Of a stretch of 64,000 nucleotides of DNA, positions 44,001 through 59,000 are shown piece by piece. Every line of letters begins with the position of its first letter. Position 1 is the first letter of the stretch. The stretch comes from Eledone cirrhosa. Taxonomy: Eukaryota. The notes below the pieces were generated by a model that saw nothing but the letters and a program-made list of their open reading frames with translations, had not been told where the DNA came from and did no database searches. The stretch lies in assembly GCA_964016885.1 (NCBI GenBank), contig OZ024745.1, positions 20,770,001 through 20,834,000 on the forward strand. Reading direction: 5' to 3'. The translations under genes and the position numbers were made by a program.

Positions 44001-47000
44001 GCAATAGTGGTCTTACAGATGGTATAGGTGGTAGTGGTAGCAATAGTGGTCTTACAGATGGTATAGGTGGTAGTGGTAGCAATAGTGGTCTTACAGATGG
44101 TATAGGTGGTAGTGGTAGCAATAGTGGTCTTACAGATGGTATAGGTGGTAGTGGTAGCAATAGTGGTCTTACAGATGGTATAGGTGGTAGTGGTAGCAAT
44201 AGTGGTCTTACAGATGGTATAGGTGGTAGTGGTAGCAATAGTGGTCTTACAGATGGTATTGGTGGTAGTGGTAGCAATAGTGGTCTTACAGATGGTATAG
44301 GTGGTAGTGGTAGCAATAGTGGTCTTACAGATGGTATTGGTGGTAGTGGTAGCATTAGTGGTCTTACAGCTGGTATAGGTGGTAGTGGTGGCAATAGTGG
44401 TCTTACAGGTGGTATTGGTGGTAGTGGTAGCATTAGTGGTCTTACAGATGGTATTGGTGGTAGTGGTAGCAATAGTGGTCTTACATGTGGTATTGGTGGT
44501 AGTGGTAGCATTAGTGGTCTTACAGCTGGTATTGGTGGTAGTGGTGGTAATAGTGGTCTTACATGTGGTATTGGTGGTAGTGGTAGCAATATTGGTCTTA
44601 CAGGTGGTATTGGTGGTAGTGGTAGCAATATTGGTCTTACAGGTGGTATTGGTGGTAGTGGTAGCAATATTGGTCTTACAGGTGGTATAGGTGGTAGTGG
44701 TAGCAATAGTGGTCTTACAGGTGGTATTGGTGGTAGTGGTAGCAATATTGGTCTTACAGGTGGTATTGGTGGTAGTGGTGGCAATAGTGGTCTTACAGGT
44801 GGTATTGGTGGTAGTGGTGGCAATAGTGGTCTTACAGGTGGTATTGGTGGTAGTGGTAGCAATAGTGGTCTTACAGGTGGTATTGGTGGTAGTGGTAGCA
44901 ATAGTGGTCTTACAGGTGGTATTGGTGGTAGTGGTAGCAATAGTGGTCTTACAGGTGGTATAGGTGGTAGTGGTGGCAATAGTGGTCTTACAGGTGGTAT
45001 TGGTGGTAGTGGTAGCAATAGTGGTCTTACAGGTGGTATTGGTGGTAGTGGTAGCAATATTGGTCTTACAGGTGGTATTGGTGGTAGTGGTAGCAATAGT
45101 GGTCTTACAGGTGGTATTGGTGGTAGTGGTAGCAATAGTGGTCTTACAGGTGGTATAGGTGGTAGTGGTGGCAATAGTGGTCTTACAGGTGGTATTGGTG
45201 GTAGTGGTAGCAATAGTGGTCTTACAGGTGGTATTGGTGGTAGTGGTAGTAATATTGGTCTTACAGGTGGTATTGGTGGTAGTGGTAGCAATAGTGGTCT
45301 TACAGATGGTATTGGTGGTAGTGGTAGCAATAGTGGTCTTACATGTGGTATTGGTGGTAGTGGTAGCATTAGTGGTCTTACAGCTGGTATTGGTGGTAGT
45401 GGTGGTAATAGTGGTCTTACATGTGGTATTGGTGGTAGTGGTAGCAATATTGGTCTTACAGGTGGTATTGGTGGTAGTGGTAGCAATATTGGTCTTACAG
45501 GTGGTATTGGTGGTAGTGGTAGCAATATTGGTCTTACAGGTGGTATAGGTGGTAGTGGTAGCAATAGTGGTCTTACAGGTGGTATTGGTGGTAGTGGTAG
45601 CAATATTGGTCTTACAGGTGGTATTGGTGGTAGTGGTGGCAATAGTGGTCTTACAGGTGGTATTGGTGGTAGTGGTGGCAATAGTGGTCTTACAGGTGGT
45701 ATTGGTGGTAGTGGTAGCAATAGTGGTCTTACAGGTGGTATTGGTGGTAGTGGTAGCAATAGTGGTCTTACAGGTGGTATTGGTGGTAGTGGTAGCAATA
45801 GTGGTCTTACAGGTGGTATAGGTGGTAGTGGTGGCAATAGTGGTCTTACAGGTGGTATTGGTGGTAGTGGTAGCAATAGTGGTCTTACAGGTGGTATTGG
45901 TGGTAGTGGTAGCAATATTGGTCTTACAGGTGGTATTGGTGGTAGTGGTAGCAATAGTGGTCTTACAGGTGGTATTGGTGGTAGTGGTAGCAATAGTGGT
46001 CTTACAGGTGGTATAGGTGGTAGTGGTGGCAATAGTGGTCTTACAGGTGGTATTGGTGGTAGTGGTAGCAATAGTGGTCTTACAGGTGGTATTGGTGGTA
46101 GTGGTAGCAATATTGGTCTTACAGGTGGTATTGGTGGTAGTGGTAGCAATAGTGGTCTTACAGGTGGTATTGGTGGTAGTGGTAGCAATAGTGGTCTTAC
46201 AGGTGGTATAGGTGGTAGTGGTGGCAATAGTGGTCTTACAGGTGGTATTGGTGGTAGTGGTAGCAATAGTGGTCTTACAGGTGGTATTGGTGGTAGTGGT
46301 AGCAATATTGGTCTTACAGGTGGTATTGGTGGTAGTGGTAGCAATAGTGGTCTTACAGGTGGTATTGGTGGTAGTGGTAGCAATAGTGGTCTTACAGGTG
46401 GTATTGGTGGTAGTGGTAGCAATATTGGTCTTACAGGTGGTATTGGTGGTAGTGGTAGCAATAGTGGTCTTACAGGTGGTATAGGTGGTAGTGGTAGCAA
46501 TATTGGTCTTACAGGTGGTATTGGTGGTAGTGGTAGCAATATTGGTCTTACAGGTGGTATTGGTGGTAGTGGTAGCAATAGTGGTCTTACAGGTGGTATA
46601 GGAGGTAGTGGTAGCAATATTGGTCTTACAGGTGGTATAGGTGGTAGTGGTAGCAATATTGGTCTTACAGGTGGTATTGGTGGTAGTGGTAGCAATATTG
46701 GTCTTACAGGTGGTATTGGTGGTAGTGGTAGCAATAGTGGTCTTACAGGTGGTATAGGTGGTAGTGGTAGCAATATTGGTCTTACAGGTGGTATTGGTGG
46801 TAGTGGTAGCAATAGTGGTCTTACAGGTGGTATAGGTGGTAGTGGTAGCAATAGTGGTCTTACAGGTGGTATAGGTGGTAGTGGTGGCAATAGTGGTCTT
46901 ACAGGTGGTATAGGTGGTAGTGGTGGTAATAGTGGTCTTACATGTGGTATAGGTGGTAGTGCTAGCAATAGTGGTCTTACAGGTGGTATAGGTGGTAGTG

Positions 47001-50000
47001 GTGGTAATACTGGTCTTACAGATGGTATTGGTGTTAGTGGTAGCAATAGTGGTCTCACGGGTGGTATTGGTGGTAGTGGTAGCAATAGTGGTCTTACATG
47101 TGGTATTGGTGGTAGTGGTAGCAATAGTGGTCTTACAGATGGTATTGGTGGTAGTGGTAGCAATAGTGGTCTCACGGGTGGTATTGGTGGTAGTGGTAGC
47201 AATAGTGGTCTTACATGTGGTATTGGTGGTAGTGGTAGCAATAGTGGTCTTACAGATGGTATTGGTGGTAGTGGTAGCAATAGTGGTCTCACGGGTGGTA
47301 TTGGTGGTAGTGGTAGCAATAGTGGTCTTACATGTGGTATTGGTGGTAGTGGTAGCAATAGTGGTCTTACAGATGGTATTGGTGGTAGTGGTAGCAATAG
47401 TGGTCTCACGGGTGGTATTGGTGGTAGTGGTAGCAATAGTAGTCTTACATGTGGTATTGGTGGTAGTGGTAGCAATAGTGGTCTTACAGATGGTATTGGT
47501 GGTAGTGGTAGCAATAGTGGTCTCACGGGTGGTATTGGTGGTAGTGGTAGCAATAGTGGTCTTACATGTGGTATTGGTGGTAGTGGTAGCAATAGTGGTC
47601 TTACAGATGGTATTGGTGGTAGTGGTAGCAATAGTGGTCTCACGGGTGGTATTGGTGGTAGTGGTAGCAATAGTGGTCTTACATGTGGTATTGGTGGTAG
47701 TGGTAGCAATAGTGGTCTTACAGATGGTATTGGTGGTAGTGGTAGCAATAGTGGTCTCACGGGTGGTATTGGTGGTAGTGGTAGCAATAGTGGTCTTACA
47801 TGTGGTATTGGTGGTAGTGGTAGCAATAGTGGTCTTACAGGTGGTATAGGTGGTAGTGGTGGTAATAGTGGTCTTACATGTGGTATTGGTGGTAGTGGTA
47901 GCAATAGTAGTCTTACAGGTGGTATTGGTGGTAGTGGTAGCAATAGTAGTCTTACAGGTGGTATTGGTGGTAGTGGTGGTAATAGTGGTCTTACATGTGG
48001 TATTGGTGGTAGTGGTAGCAATAGTGGTCTTACAGGTGGTATTGGTGGTAGTGGTAGCAATAGTGGTCTTACAGGTGGTATTGGTGGTAGTGGTAGCAAT
48101 AGTGGTCTTACAGGTGGTATAGGTGGTAGTGGTAGCAATAGTGGTCTTACATGTGGTATTGGTGGTAGTGGTAGCAATAGTGGTCTTACAGGTGGTATTG
48201 GTGGTAGTGGTAGCAATAGTGGTCTTACAGATGGTATAGGTGGTAGTGGTAGCAATAGTGGTCTTACAGGTGGTATTGGTGGTAGTGGTAGCAATAGTGG
48301 TCTTACAGGTGGTATTGGTGGTAGTGGTAGCAATAGTGGTCTTACAGGTGGTATAGGTGGTAGTGGTAGCAATAGTGGTCTTACAGGTGGTATAGGTGGT
48401 AGTAGTAGCATTAGTGGTCTTACAGGTGGTATTGGTGGTAGTGGTAGCAATAGTGGTCTTACAGGTGGTATTGGTGGTAGTGGTAGCAATAGTGGTCTTA
48501 CATGTGGTATAGGTGGTAGTGGTAGCAATAGTGGTCTTACAGGTGGTATAGGTGGTAGTGGTAGCAATAGTGGTCTTACAGGTGGTATAGGTGGTAGTGG
48601 TAGCAATAGTGGTCTTACAGGTGGTATAGGTGGTAGTGGTAGCAATAGTGGTCTTACAGATGGTATAGGTGGTAGTGGTGGCAATAGTGGTCTTACAGGT
48701 GGTATTGGTGGTAGTGGTGGTAATAGTGGTCTTACAGGTGGTATTGGTGGTAGTGGTAGCAATAGTGGTCTTACAGGTGGTATAGGTGGTAGTGGTGGAA
48801 ATAGTGGTCTTACATGTGGTATAGGTGGTAGTGGTAGCAATATTTGTTTTACAGGCGGTATTGGTGTTAGTGGTAGCAATAGTGGTCTTACAGGTGGTAT
48901 AGGTGGTAGTGGTAGCAATAGTGGTCTTACAGATGGTATTGGTGTTAGTGGTAGCAATAGTGGTCTTACAGATGGTATTGGTGGTAGTGGTAGCAATAGT
49001 GGTCTTACAGATGGTATAGGTGGTAGTGGTAGCAATAGTGGTCTTACAGATGGTATAGGTGGTAGTGGTAGCAATAGTGGTCTTACAGATGGTATTGGTG
49101 GTAGTGGTAGCAATAGTGGTCTTACAGATGGTATTGGTGGTAGTGGTAGCAATAGTGGTCTTACAGATGGTATTGGTGGTAGTGGTAGCAATAGTGGTCT
49201 TACAGATGGTATAGGTGGTAGTGGTAGCAATAGTGGTCTTACAGATGGTATAGGTGGTAGTGGTAGCAATAGTGGTCTTACAGATGGTATTGGTGGTAGT
49301 GGTAGCAATAGTGGTCTTACAGATGGTATAGGTGGTAGTGGTAGCAATAGTGGTCTTACAGGTGGTATAGGTGGTAGTGGTAGCATTAGTGGTCTTACAG
49401 ATGGTATTGGTGGTAGTGGTAGCAATAGTGGTCTTACAGGTGGTATAGGTGGTAGTGGTAGCATTAGTGGTCTTACAGATGGTATTGGTGGTAGTGGTAG
49501 CAATAGTGGTCTTACAGATGGTATAGGTGGTAGTGGTAGCAATAGTGGTCTTACAGATGGTATAGGTGGTAGTGGTAGCATTAGTGGTCTTACAGATGGT
49601 ATTGGTGGTAGTGGTAGCATTAGTGGTCTTACAGATGGTATAGGTGGTAGTGGTAGCAATAGTGGTCTTACAGATGGTATAGGTGGTAGTGGTAGCAATA
49701 GTGGTCTTACAGATGGTATAGGTGGTAGTGGTGGTAATAGTGGTCTTACAGATGGTATTGGTGGTAGTGGTAGCAATAGTGGTCTTACAGATGGTATTGG
49801 TGGTAGTGGTAGCAATAGTGGTCTTACAGATGGTATAGGTGGTAGTGGTAGCAATAGTGGTCTTACAGATGGTATTGGTGGTAGTGGTAGCAATAGTGGT
49901 CTTACAGATGGTATAGGTGGTAGTGGTAGCAATAGTGGTCTTACAGATGGTATTGGTGGTAGTGGTAGCAATAGTTGTCTTACAGATGGTATAGGTGGTA

Positions 50001-53000
50001 GTGGTAGCAATAGTGGTCTTACAGATGGTATTGGTGGTAGTGGTAGCATTAGTGGTCTTACAGCTGGTATAGGTGGTAGTGGTAGCAATAGTGGTCTTAC
50101 AGATGGTATAGGTGGTAGTGGTAGCAATAGTGGTCTTACAGATGGTATAGGTGGTAGTGGTAGCAATAGTGGTCTTACAGATGGTATAGGTGGTAGTGGT
50201 AGCAATAGTGGTCTTACAGATGGTATAGGTGGTAGTGGTAGCAATAGTGGTCTTACAGATGGTATAGGTGGTAGTGGTAGCAATAGTGGTCTTACAGATG
50301 GTATAGGTGGTAGTGGTAGCAATAGTGGTCTTACAGATGGTATAGGTGGTAGTGGTAGCAATAGTGGTCTTACAGATGGTATAGGTGGTAGTGGTAGCAA
50401 TAGTGGTCTTACAGATGGTATAGGTGGTAGTGGTAGCAATAGTGGTCTTACAGATGGTATAGGTGGTAGTGGTAGCAATAGTGGTCTTACAGATGGTATA
50501 GGTGGTAGTGGTAGCAATAGTGGTCTTACAGATGGTATAGGTGGTAGTGGTAGCAATAGTGGTCTTACAGATGGTATAGGTGGTAGTGGTAGCAATAGTG
50601 GTCTTACAGATGGTATTGGTGGTAGTGGTAGCAATAGTGGTCTTACAGATGGTATAGGTGGTAGTGGTAGCAATAGTGGTCTTACAGATGGTATTGGTGG
50701 TAGTGGTAGCATTAGTGGTCTTACAGCTGGTATAGGTGGTAGTGGTGGCAATAGTGGTCTTACAGGTGGTATTGGTGGTAGTGGTAGCATTAGTGGTCTT
50801 ACAGATGGTATTGGTGGTAGTGGTAGCAATAGTGGTCTTACATGTGGTATTGGTGGTAGTGGTAGCATTAGTGGTCTTACAGCTGGTATTGGTGGTAGTG
50901 GTGGTAATAGTGGTCTTACATGTGGTATTGGTGGTAGTGGTAGCAATATTGGTCTTACAGGTGGTATTGGTGGTAGTGGTAGCAATATTGGTCTTACAGG
51001 TGGTATTGGTGGTAGTGGTAGCAATATTGGTCTTACAGGTGGTATAGGTGGTAGTGGTAGCAATAGTGGTCTTACAGGTGGTATTGGTGGTAGTGGTAGC
51101 AATATTGGTCTTACAGGTGGTATTGGTGGTAGTGGTGGCAATAGTGGTCTTACAGGTGGTATTGGTGGTAGTGGTGGCAATAGTGGTCTTACAGGTGGTA
51201 TTGGTGGTAGTGGTAGCAATAGTGGTCTTACAGGTGGTATTGGTGGTAGTGGTAGCAATAGTGGTCTTACAGGTGGTATTGGTGGTAGTGGTAGCAATAG
51301 TGGTCTTACAGGTGGTATAGGTGGTAGTGGTGGCAATAGTGGTCTTACAGGTGGTATTGGTGGTAGTGGTAGCAATAGTGGTCTTACAGGTGGTATTGGT
51401 GGTAGTGGTAGCAATATTGGTCTTACAGGTGGTATTGGTGGTAGTGGTAGCAATAGTGGTCTTACAGGTGGTATTGGTGGTAGTGGTAGCAATAGTGGTC
51501 TTACAGGTGGTATAGGTGGTAGTGGTGGCAATAGTGGTCTTACAGGTGGTATTGGTGGTAGTGGTAGCAATAGTGGTCTTACAGGTGGTATTGGTGGTAG
51601 TGGTAGTAATATTGGTCTTACAGGTGGTATTGGTGGTAGTGGTAGCAATAGTGGTCTTACAGATGGTATTGGTGGTAGTGGTAGCAATAGTGGTCTTACA
51701 TGTGGTATTGGTGGTAGTGGTAGCATTAGTGGTCTTACAGCTGGTATTGGTGGTAGTGGTGGTAATAGTGGTCTTACATGTGGTATTGGTGGTAGTGGTA
51801 GCAATATTGGTCTTACAGGTGGTATTGGTGGTAGTGGTAGCAATATTGGTCTTACAGGTGGTATTGGTGGTAGTGGTAGCAATATTGGTCTTACAGGTGG
51901 TATAGGTGGTAGTGGTAGCAATAGTGGTCTTACAGGTGGTATTGGTGGTAGTGGTAGCAATATTGGTCTTACAGGTGGTATTGGTGGTAGTGGTGGCAAT
52001 AGTGGTCTTACAGGTGGTATTGGTGGTAGTGGTGGCAATAGTGGTCTTACAGGTGGTATTGGTGGTAGTGGTAGCAATAGTGGTCTTACAGGTGGTATTG
52101 GTGGTAGTGGTAGCAATAGTGGTCTTACAGGTGGTATTGGTGGTAGTGGTAGCAATAGTGGTCTTACAGGTGGTATAGGTGGTAGTGGTGGCAATAGTGG
52201 TCTTACAGGTGGTATTGGTGGTAGTGGTAGCAATAGTGGTCTTACAGGTGGTATTGGTGGTAGTGGTAGCAATATTGGTCTTACAGGTGGTATTGGTGGT
52301 AGTGGTAGCAATAGTGGTCTTACAGGTGGTATTGGTGGTAGTGGTAGCAATAGTGGTCTTACAGGTGGTATAGGTGGTAGTGGTGGCAATAGTGGTCTTA
52401 CAGGTGGTATTGGTGGTAGTGGTAGCAATAGTGGTCTTACAGGTGGTATTGGTGGTAGTGGTAGCAATATTGGTCTTACAGGTGGTATTGGTGGTAGTGG
52501 TAGCAATAGTGGTCTTACAGGTGGTATTGGTGGTAGTGGTAGCAATAGTGGTCTTACAGGTGGTAAAGGTGTTAGTGGTGGCAATAGTGGTCTTACAGGT
52601 GGTATTGGTGGTAGTGGTAGCAATAGTGGTCTTACAGGTGGTATTGGTGGTAGTGGTAGCAATATTGGTCTTACAGGTGGTATTGGTGGTAGTGGTAGCA
52701 ATAGTGGTCTTACAGGTGGTATTGGTGGTAGTGGTAGCAATAGTGGTCTTACAGGTGGTATTGGTGGTAGTGGTAGCAATATTGGTCTTACAGGTGGTAT
52801 TGGTGGTAGTGGTAGCAATAGTGGTCTTACAGGTGGTATAGGTGGTAGTGGTAGCAATATTGGTCTTACAGGTGGTATTGGTGGTAGTGGTAGCAATATT
52901 GGTCTTACAGGTGGTATTGGTGGTAGTGGTAGCAATAGTGGTCTTACAGGTGGTATAGGTGGTAGTGGTAGCAATATTGGTCTTACAGGTGGTATAGGTG

Positions 53001-56000
53001 GTAGTGGTAGCAATATTGGTCTTACAGGTGGTATTGGTGGTAGTGGTAGCAATATTGGTCTTACAGGTGGTATTGGTGGTAGTGGTAGCAATAGTGGTCT
53101 TACAGGTGGTATAGGTGGTAGTGGTAGCAATATTGGTCTTACAGGTGGTATTGGTGGTAGTGGTAGCAATAGTGGTCTTACAGGTGGTATAGGTGGTAGT
53201 GGTAGCAATAGTGGTCTTACAGGTGGTATAGGTGGTAGTGGTGGCAATAGTGGTCTTACAGGTGGTATAGGTGGTAGTGGTGGTAATAGTGGTCTTACAT
53301 GTGGTATAGGTGGTAGTGCTAGCAATAGTGGTCTTACAGGTGGTATAGGTGGTAGTGGTGGTAATACTGGTCTTACAGATGGTATTGGTGTTAGTGGTAG
53401 CAATAGTGGTCTCACGGGTGGTATTGGTGGTAGTGGTAGCAATAGTGGTCTTACATGTGGTATTGGTGGTAGTGGTAGCAATAGTGGTCTTACAGATGGT
53501 ATTGGTGGTAGTGGTAGCAATAGTGGTCTCACGGGTGGTATTGGTGGTAGTGGTAGCAATAGTGGTCTTACATGTGGTATTGGTGGTAGTGGTAGCAATA
53601 GTGGTCTTACAGATGGTATTGGTGGTAGTGGTAGCAATAGTGGTCTCACGGGTGGTATTGGTGGTAGTGGTAGCAATAGTGGTCTTACATGTGGTATTGG
53701 TGGTAGTGGTAGCAATAGTGGTCTTACAGATGGTATTGGTGGTAGTGGTAGCAATAGTGGTCTCACGGGTGGTATTGGTGGTAGTGGTAGCAATAGTAGT
53801 CTTACATGTGGTATTGGTGGTAGTGGTAGCAATAGTGGTCTTACAGATGGTATTGGTGGTAGTGGTAGCAATAGTGGTCTCACGGGTGGTATTGGTGGTA
53901 GTGGTAGCAATAGTGGTCTTACATGTGGTATTGGTGGTAGTGGTAGCAATAGTGGTCTTACAGATGGTATTGGTGGTAGTGGTAGCAATAGTGGTCTCAC
54001 GGGTGGTATTGGTGGTAGTGGTAGCAATAGTGGTCTTACATGTGGTATTGGTGGTAGTGGTAGCAATAGTGGTCTTACAGATGGTATTGGTGGTAGTGGT
54101 AGCAATAGTGGTCTCACGGGTGGTATTGGTGGTAGTGGTAGCAATAGTGGTCTTACATGTGGTATTGGTGGTAGTGGTAGCAATAGTGGTCTTACAGGTG
54201 GTATAGGTGGTAGTGGTGGTAATAGTGGTCTTACATGTGGTATTGGTGGTAGTGGTAGCAATAGTAGTCTTACAGGTGGTATTGGTGGTAGTGGTAGCAA
54301 TAGTAGTCTTACAGGTGGTATTGGTGGTAGTGGTGGTAATAGTGGTCTTACATGTGGTATTGGTGGTAGTGGTAGCAATAGTGGTCTTACAGGTGGTATT
54401 GGTGGTAGTGGTAGCAATAGTGGTCTTACAGGTGGTATTGGTGGTAGTGGTAGCAATAGTGGTCTTACAGGTGGTATAGGTGGTAGTGGTAGCAATAGTG
54501 GTCTTACATGTGGTATTGGTGGTAGTGGTAGCAATAGTGGTCTTACAGGTGGTATTGGTGGTAGTGGTAGCAATAGTGGTCTTACAGATGGTATAGGTGG
54601 TAGTGGTAGCAATAGTGGTCTTACAGGTGGTATTGGTGGTAGTGGTAGCAATAGTGGTCTTACAGGTGGTATTGGTGGTAGTGGTAGCAATAGTGGTCTT
54701 ACAGGTGGTATAGGTGGTAGTGGTAGCAATAGTGGTCTTACAGGTGGTATAGGTGGTAGTAGTAGCATTAGTGGTCTTACAGGTGGTATTGGTGGTAGTG
54801 GTAGCAATAGTGGTCTTACAGGTGGTATTGGTGGTAGTGGTAGCAATAGTGGTCTTACATGTGGTATAGGTGGTAGTGGTAGCAATAGTGGTCTTACAGG
54901 TGGTATAGGTGGTAGTGGTAGCAATAGTGGTCTTACAGGTGGTATAGGTGGTAGTGGTAGCAATAGTGGTCTTACAGGTGGTATAGGTGGTAGTGGTAGC
55001 AATAGTGGTCTTACAGATGGTATAGGTGGTAGTGGTGGCAATAGTGGTCTTACAGGTGGTATTGGTGGTAGTGGTGGTAATAGTGGTCTTACAGGTGGTA
55101 TTGGTGGTAGTGGTAGCAATAGTGGTCTTACAGGTGGTATAGGTGGTAGTGGTGGAAATAGTGGTCTTACATGTGGTATAGGTGGTAGTGGTAGCAATAT
55201 TTGTTTTACAGGCGGTATTGGTGTTAGTGGTAGCAATAGTGGTCTTACAGGTGGTATAGGTGGTAGTGGTAGCAATAGTGGTCTTACAGATGGTATTGGT
55301 GTTAGTGGTAGCAATAGTGGTCTTACAGATGGTATTGGTGGTAGTGGTAGCAATAGTGGTCTTACAGATGGTATAGGTGGTAGTGGTAGCAATAGTGGTC
55401 TTACAGATGGTATAGGTGGTAGTGGTAGCAATAGTGGTCTTACAGATGGTATTGGTGGTAGTGGTAGCAATAGTGGTCTTACAGATGGTATTGGTGGTAG
55501 TGGTAGCAATAGTGGTCTTACAGATGGTATTGGTGGTAGTGGTAGCAATAGTGGTCTTACAGATGGTATAGGTGGTAGTGGTAGCAATAGTGGTCTTACA
55601 GATGGTATAGGTGGTAGTGGTAGCAATAGTGGTCTTACAGATGGTATTGGTGGTAGTGGTAGCAATAGTGGTCTTACAGATGGTATAGGTGGTAGTGGTA
55701 GCAATAGTGGTCTTACAGGTGGTATAGGTGGTAGTGGTAGCATTAGTGGTCTTACAGATGGTATTGGTGGTAGTGGTAGCAATAGTGGTCTTACAGGTGG
55801 TATAGGTGGTAGTGGTAGCATTAGTGGTCTTACAGATGGTATTGGTGGTAGTGGTAGCAATAGTGGTCTTACAGATGGTATAGGTGGTAGTGGTAGCAAT
55901 AGTGGTCTTACAGATGGTATAGGTGGTAGTGGTAGCATTAGTGGTCTTACAGATGGTATTGGTGGTAGTGGTAGCATTAGTGGTCTTACAGATGGTATAG

Positions 56001-59000
56001 GTGGTAGTGGTAGCAATAGTGGTCTTACAGATGGTATAGGTGGTAGTGGTAGCAATAGTGGTCTTACAGATGGTATAGGTGGTAGTGGTGGTAATAGTGG
56101 TCTTACAGATGGTATTGGTGGTAGTGGTAGCAATAGTGGTCTTACAGATGGTATTGGTGGTAGTGGTAGCAATAGTGGTCTTACAGATGGTATAGGTGGT
56201 AGTGGTAGCAATAGTGGTCTTACAGATGGTATTGGTGGTAGTGGTAGCAATAGTGGTCTTACAGATGGTATAGGTGGTAGTGGTAGCAATAGTGGTCTTA
56301 CAGATGGTATTGGTGGTAGTGGTAGCAATAGTTGTCTTACAGATGGTATAGGTGGTAGTGGTAGCAATAGTGGTCTTACAGATGGTATTGGTGGTAGTGG
56401 TAGCATTAGTGGTCTTACAGCTGGTATAGGTGGTAGTGGTAGCAATAGTGGTCTTACAGATGGTATAGGTGGTAGTGGTAGCAATAGTGGTCTTACAGAT
56501 GGTATAGGTGGTAGTGGTAGCAATAGTGGTCTTACAGATGGTATAGGTGGTAGTGGTAGCAATAGTGGTCTTACAGATGGTATAGGTGGTAGTGGTAGCA
56601 ATAGTGGTCTTACAGATGGTATAGGTGGTAGTGGTAGCAATAGTGGTCTTACAGATGGTATAGGTGGTAGTGGTAGCAATAGTGGTCTTACAGATGGTAT
56701 AGGTGGTAGTGGTAGCAATAGTGGTCTTACAGATGGTATAGGTGGTAGTGGTAGCAATAGTGGTCTTACAGATGGTATTGGTGGTAGTGGTAGCAATAGT
56801 GGTCTTACAGATGGTATAGGTGGTAGTGGTAGCAATAGTGGTCTTACAGATGGTATTGGTGGTAGTGGTAGCATTAGTGGTCTTACAGCTGGTATAGGTG
56901 GTAGTGGTGGCAATAGTGGTCTTACAGGTGGTATTGGTGGTAGTGGTAGCATTAGTGGTCTTACAGATGGTATTGGTGGTAGTGGTAGCAATAGTGGTCT
57001 TACATGTGGTATTGGTGGTAGTGGTAGCATTAGTGGTCTTACAGCTGGTATTGGTGGTAGTGGTGGTAATAGTGGTCTTACATGTGGTATTGGTGGTAGT
57101 GGTAGCAATATTGGTCTTACAGGTGGTATTGGTGGTAGTGGTAGCAATATTGGTCTTACAGGTGGTATTGGTGGTAGTGGTAGCAATATTGGTCTTACAG
57201 GTGGTATAGGTGGTAGTGGTAGCAATAGTGGTCTTACAGGTGGTATTGGTGGTAGTGGTAGCAATATTGGTCTTACAGGTGGTATTGGTGGTAGTGGTGG
57301 CAATAGTGGTCTTACAGGTGGTATTGGTGGTAGTGGTGGCAATAGTGGTCTTACAGGTGGTATTGGTGGTAGTGGTAGCAATAGTGGTCTTACAGGTGGT
57401 ATTGGTGGTAGTGGTAGCAATAGTGGTCTTACAGGTGGTATTGGTGGTAGTGGTAGCAATAGTGGTCTTACAGGTGGTATAGGTGGTAGTGGTGGCAATA
57501 GTGGTCTTACAGGTGGTATTGGTGGTAGTGGTAGCAATAGTGGTCTTACAGGTGGTATTGGTGGTAGTGGTAGCAATATTGGTCTTACAGGTGGTATTGG
57601 TGGTAGTGGTAGCAATAGTGGTCTTACAGGTGGTATTGGTGGTAGTGGTAGCAATAGTGGTCTTACAGGTGGTATAGGTGGTAGTGGTGGCAATAGTGGT
57701 CTTACAGGTGGTATTGGTGGTAGTGGTAGCAATAGTGGTCTTACAGGTGGTATTGGTGGTAGTGGTAGTAATATTGGTCTTACAGGTGGTATTGGTGGTA
57801 GTGGTAGCAATAGTGGTCTTACAGATGGTATTGGTGGTAGTGGTAGCAATAGTGGTCTTACATGTGGTATTGGTGGTAGTGGTAGCATTAGTGGTCTTAC
57901 AGCTGGTATTGGTGGTAGTGGTGGTAATAGTGGTCTTACATGTGGTATTGGTGGTAGTGGTAGCAATATTGGTCTTACAGGTGGTATTGGTGGTAGTGGT
58001 AGCAATATTGGTCTTACAGGTGGTATTGGTGGTAGTGGTAGCAATATTGGTCTTACAGGTGGTATAGGTGGTAGTGGTAGCAATAGTGGTCTTACAGGTG
58101 GTATTGGTGGTAGTGGTAGCAATATTGGTCTTACAGGTGGTATTGGTGGTAGTGGTGGCAATAGTGGTCTTACAGGTGGTATTGGTGGTAGTGGTGGCAA
58201 TAGTGGTCTTACAGGTGGTATTGGTGGTAGTGGTAGCAATAGTGGTCTTACAGGTGGTATTGGTGGTAGTGGTAGCAATAGTGGTCTTACAGGTGGTATT
58301 GGTGGTAGTGGTAGCAATAGTGGTCTTACAGGTGGTATAGGTGGTAGTGGTGGCAATAGTGGTCTTACAGGTGGTATTGGTGGTAGTGGTAGCAATAGTG
58401 GTCTTACAGGTGGTATTGGTGGTAGTGGTAGCAATATTGGTCTTACAGGTGGTATTGGTGGTAGTGGTAGCAATAGTGGTCTTACAGGTGGTATTGGTGG
58501 TAGTGGTAGCAATAGTGGTCTTACAGGTGGTATAGGTGGTAGTGGTGGCAATAGTGGTCTTACAGGTGGTATTGGTGGTAGTGGTAGCAATAGTGGTCTT
58601 ACAGGTGGTATTGGTGGTAGTGGTAGCAATATTGGTCTTACAGGTGGTATTGGTGGTAGTGGTAGCAATAGTGGTCTTACAGGTGGTATTGGTGGTAGTG
58701 GTAGCAATAGTGGTCTTACAGGTGGTATAGGTGGTAGTGGTGGCAATAGTGGTCTTACAGGTGGTATTGGTGGTAGTGGTAGCAATAGTGGTCTTACAGG
58801 TGGTATTGGTGGTAGTGGTAGCAATATTGGTCTTACAGGTGGTATTGGTGGTAGTGGTAGCAATAGTGGTCTTACAGGTGGTATTGGTGGTAGTGGTAGC
58901 AATAGTGGTCTTACAGGTGGTATTGGTGGTAGTGGTAGCAATATTGGTCTTACAGGTGGTATTGGTGGTAGTGGTAGCAATAGTGGTCTTACAGGTCGTA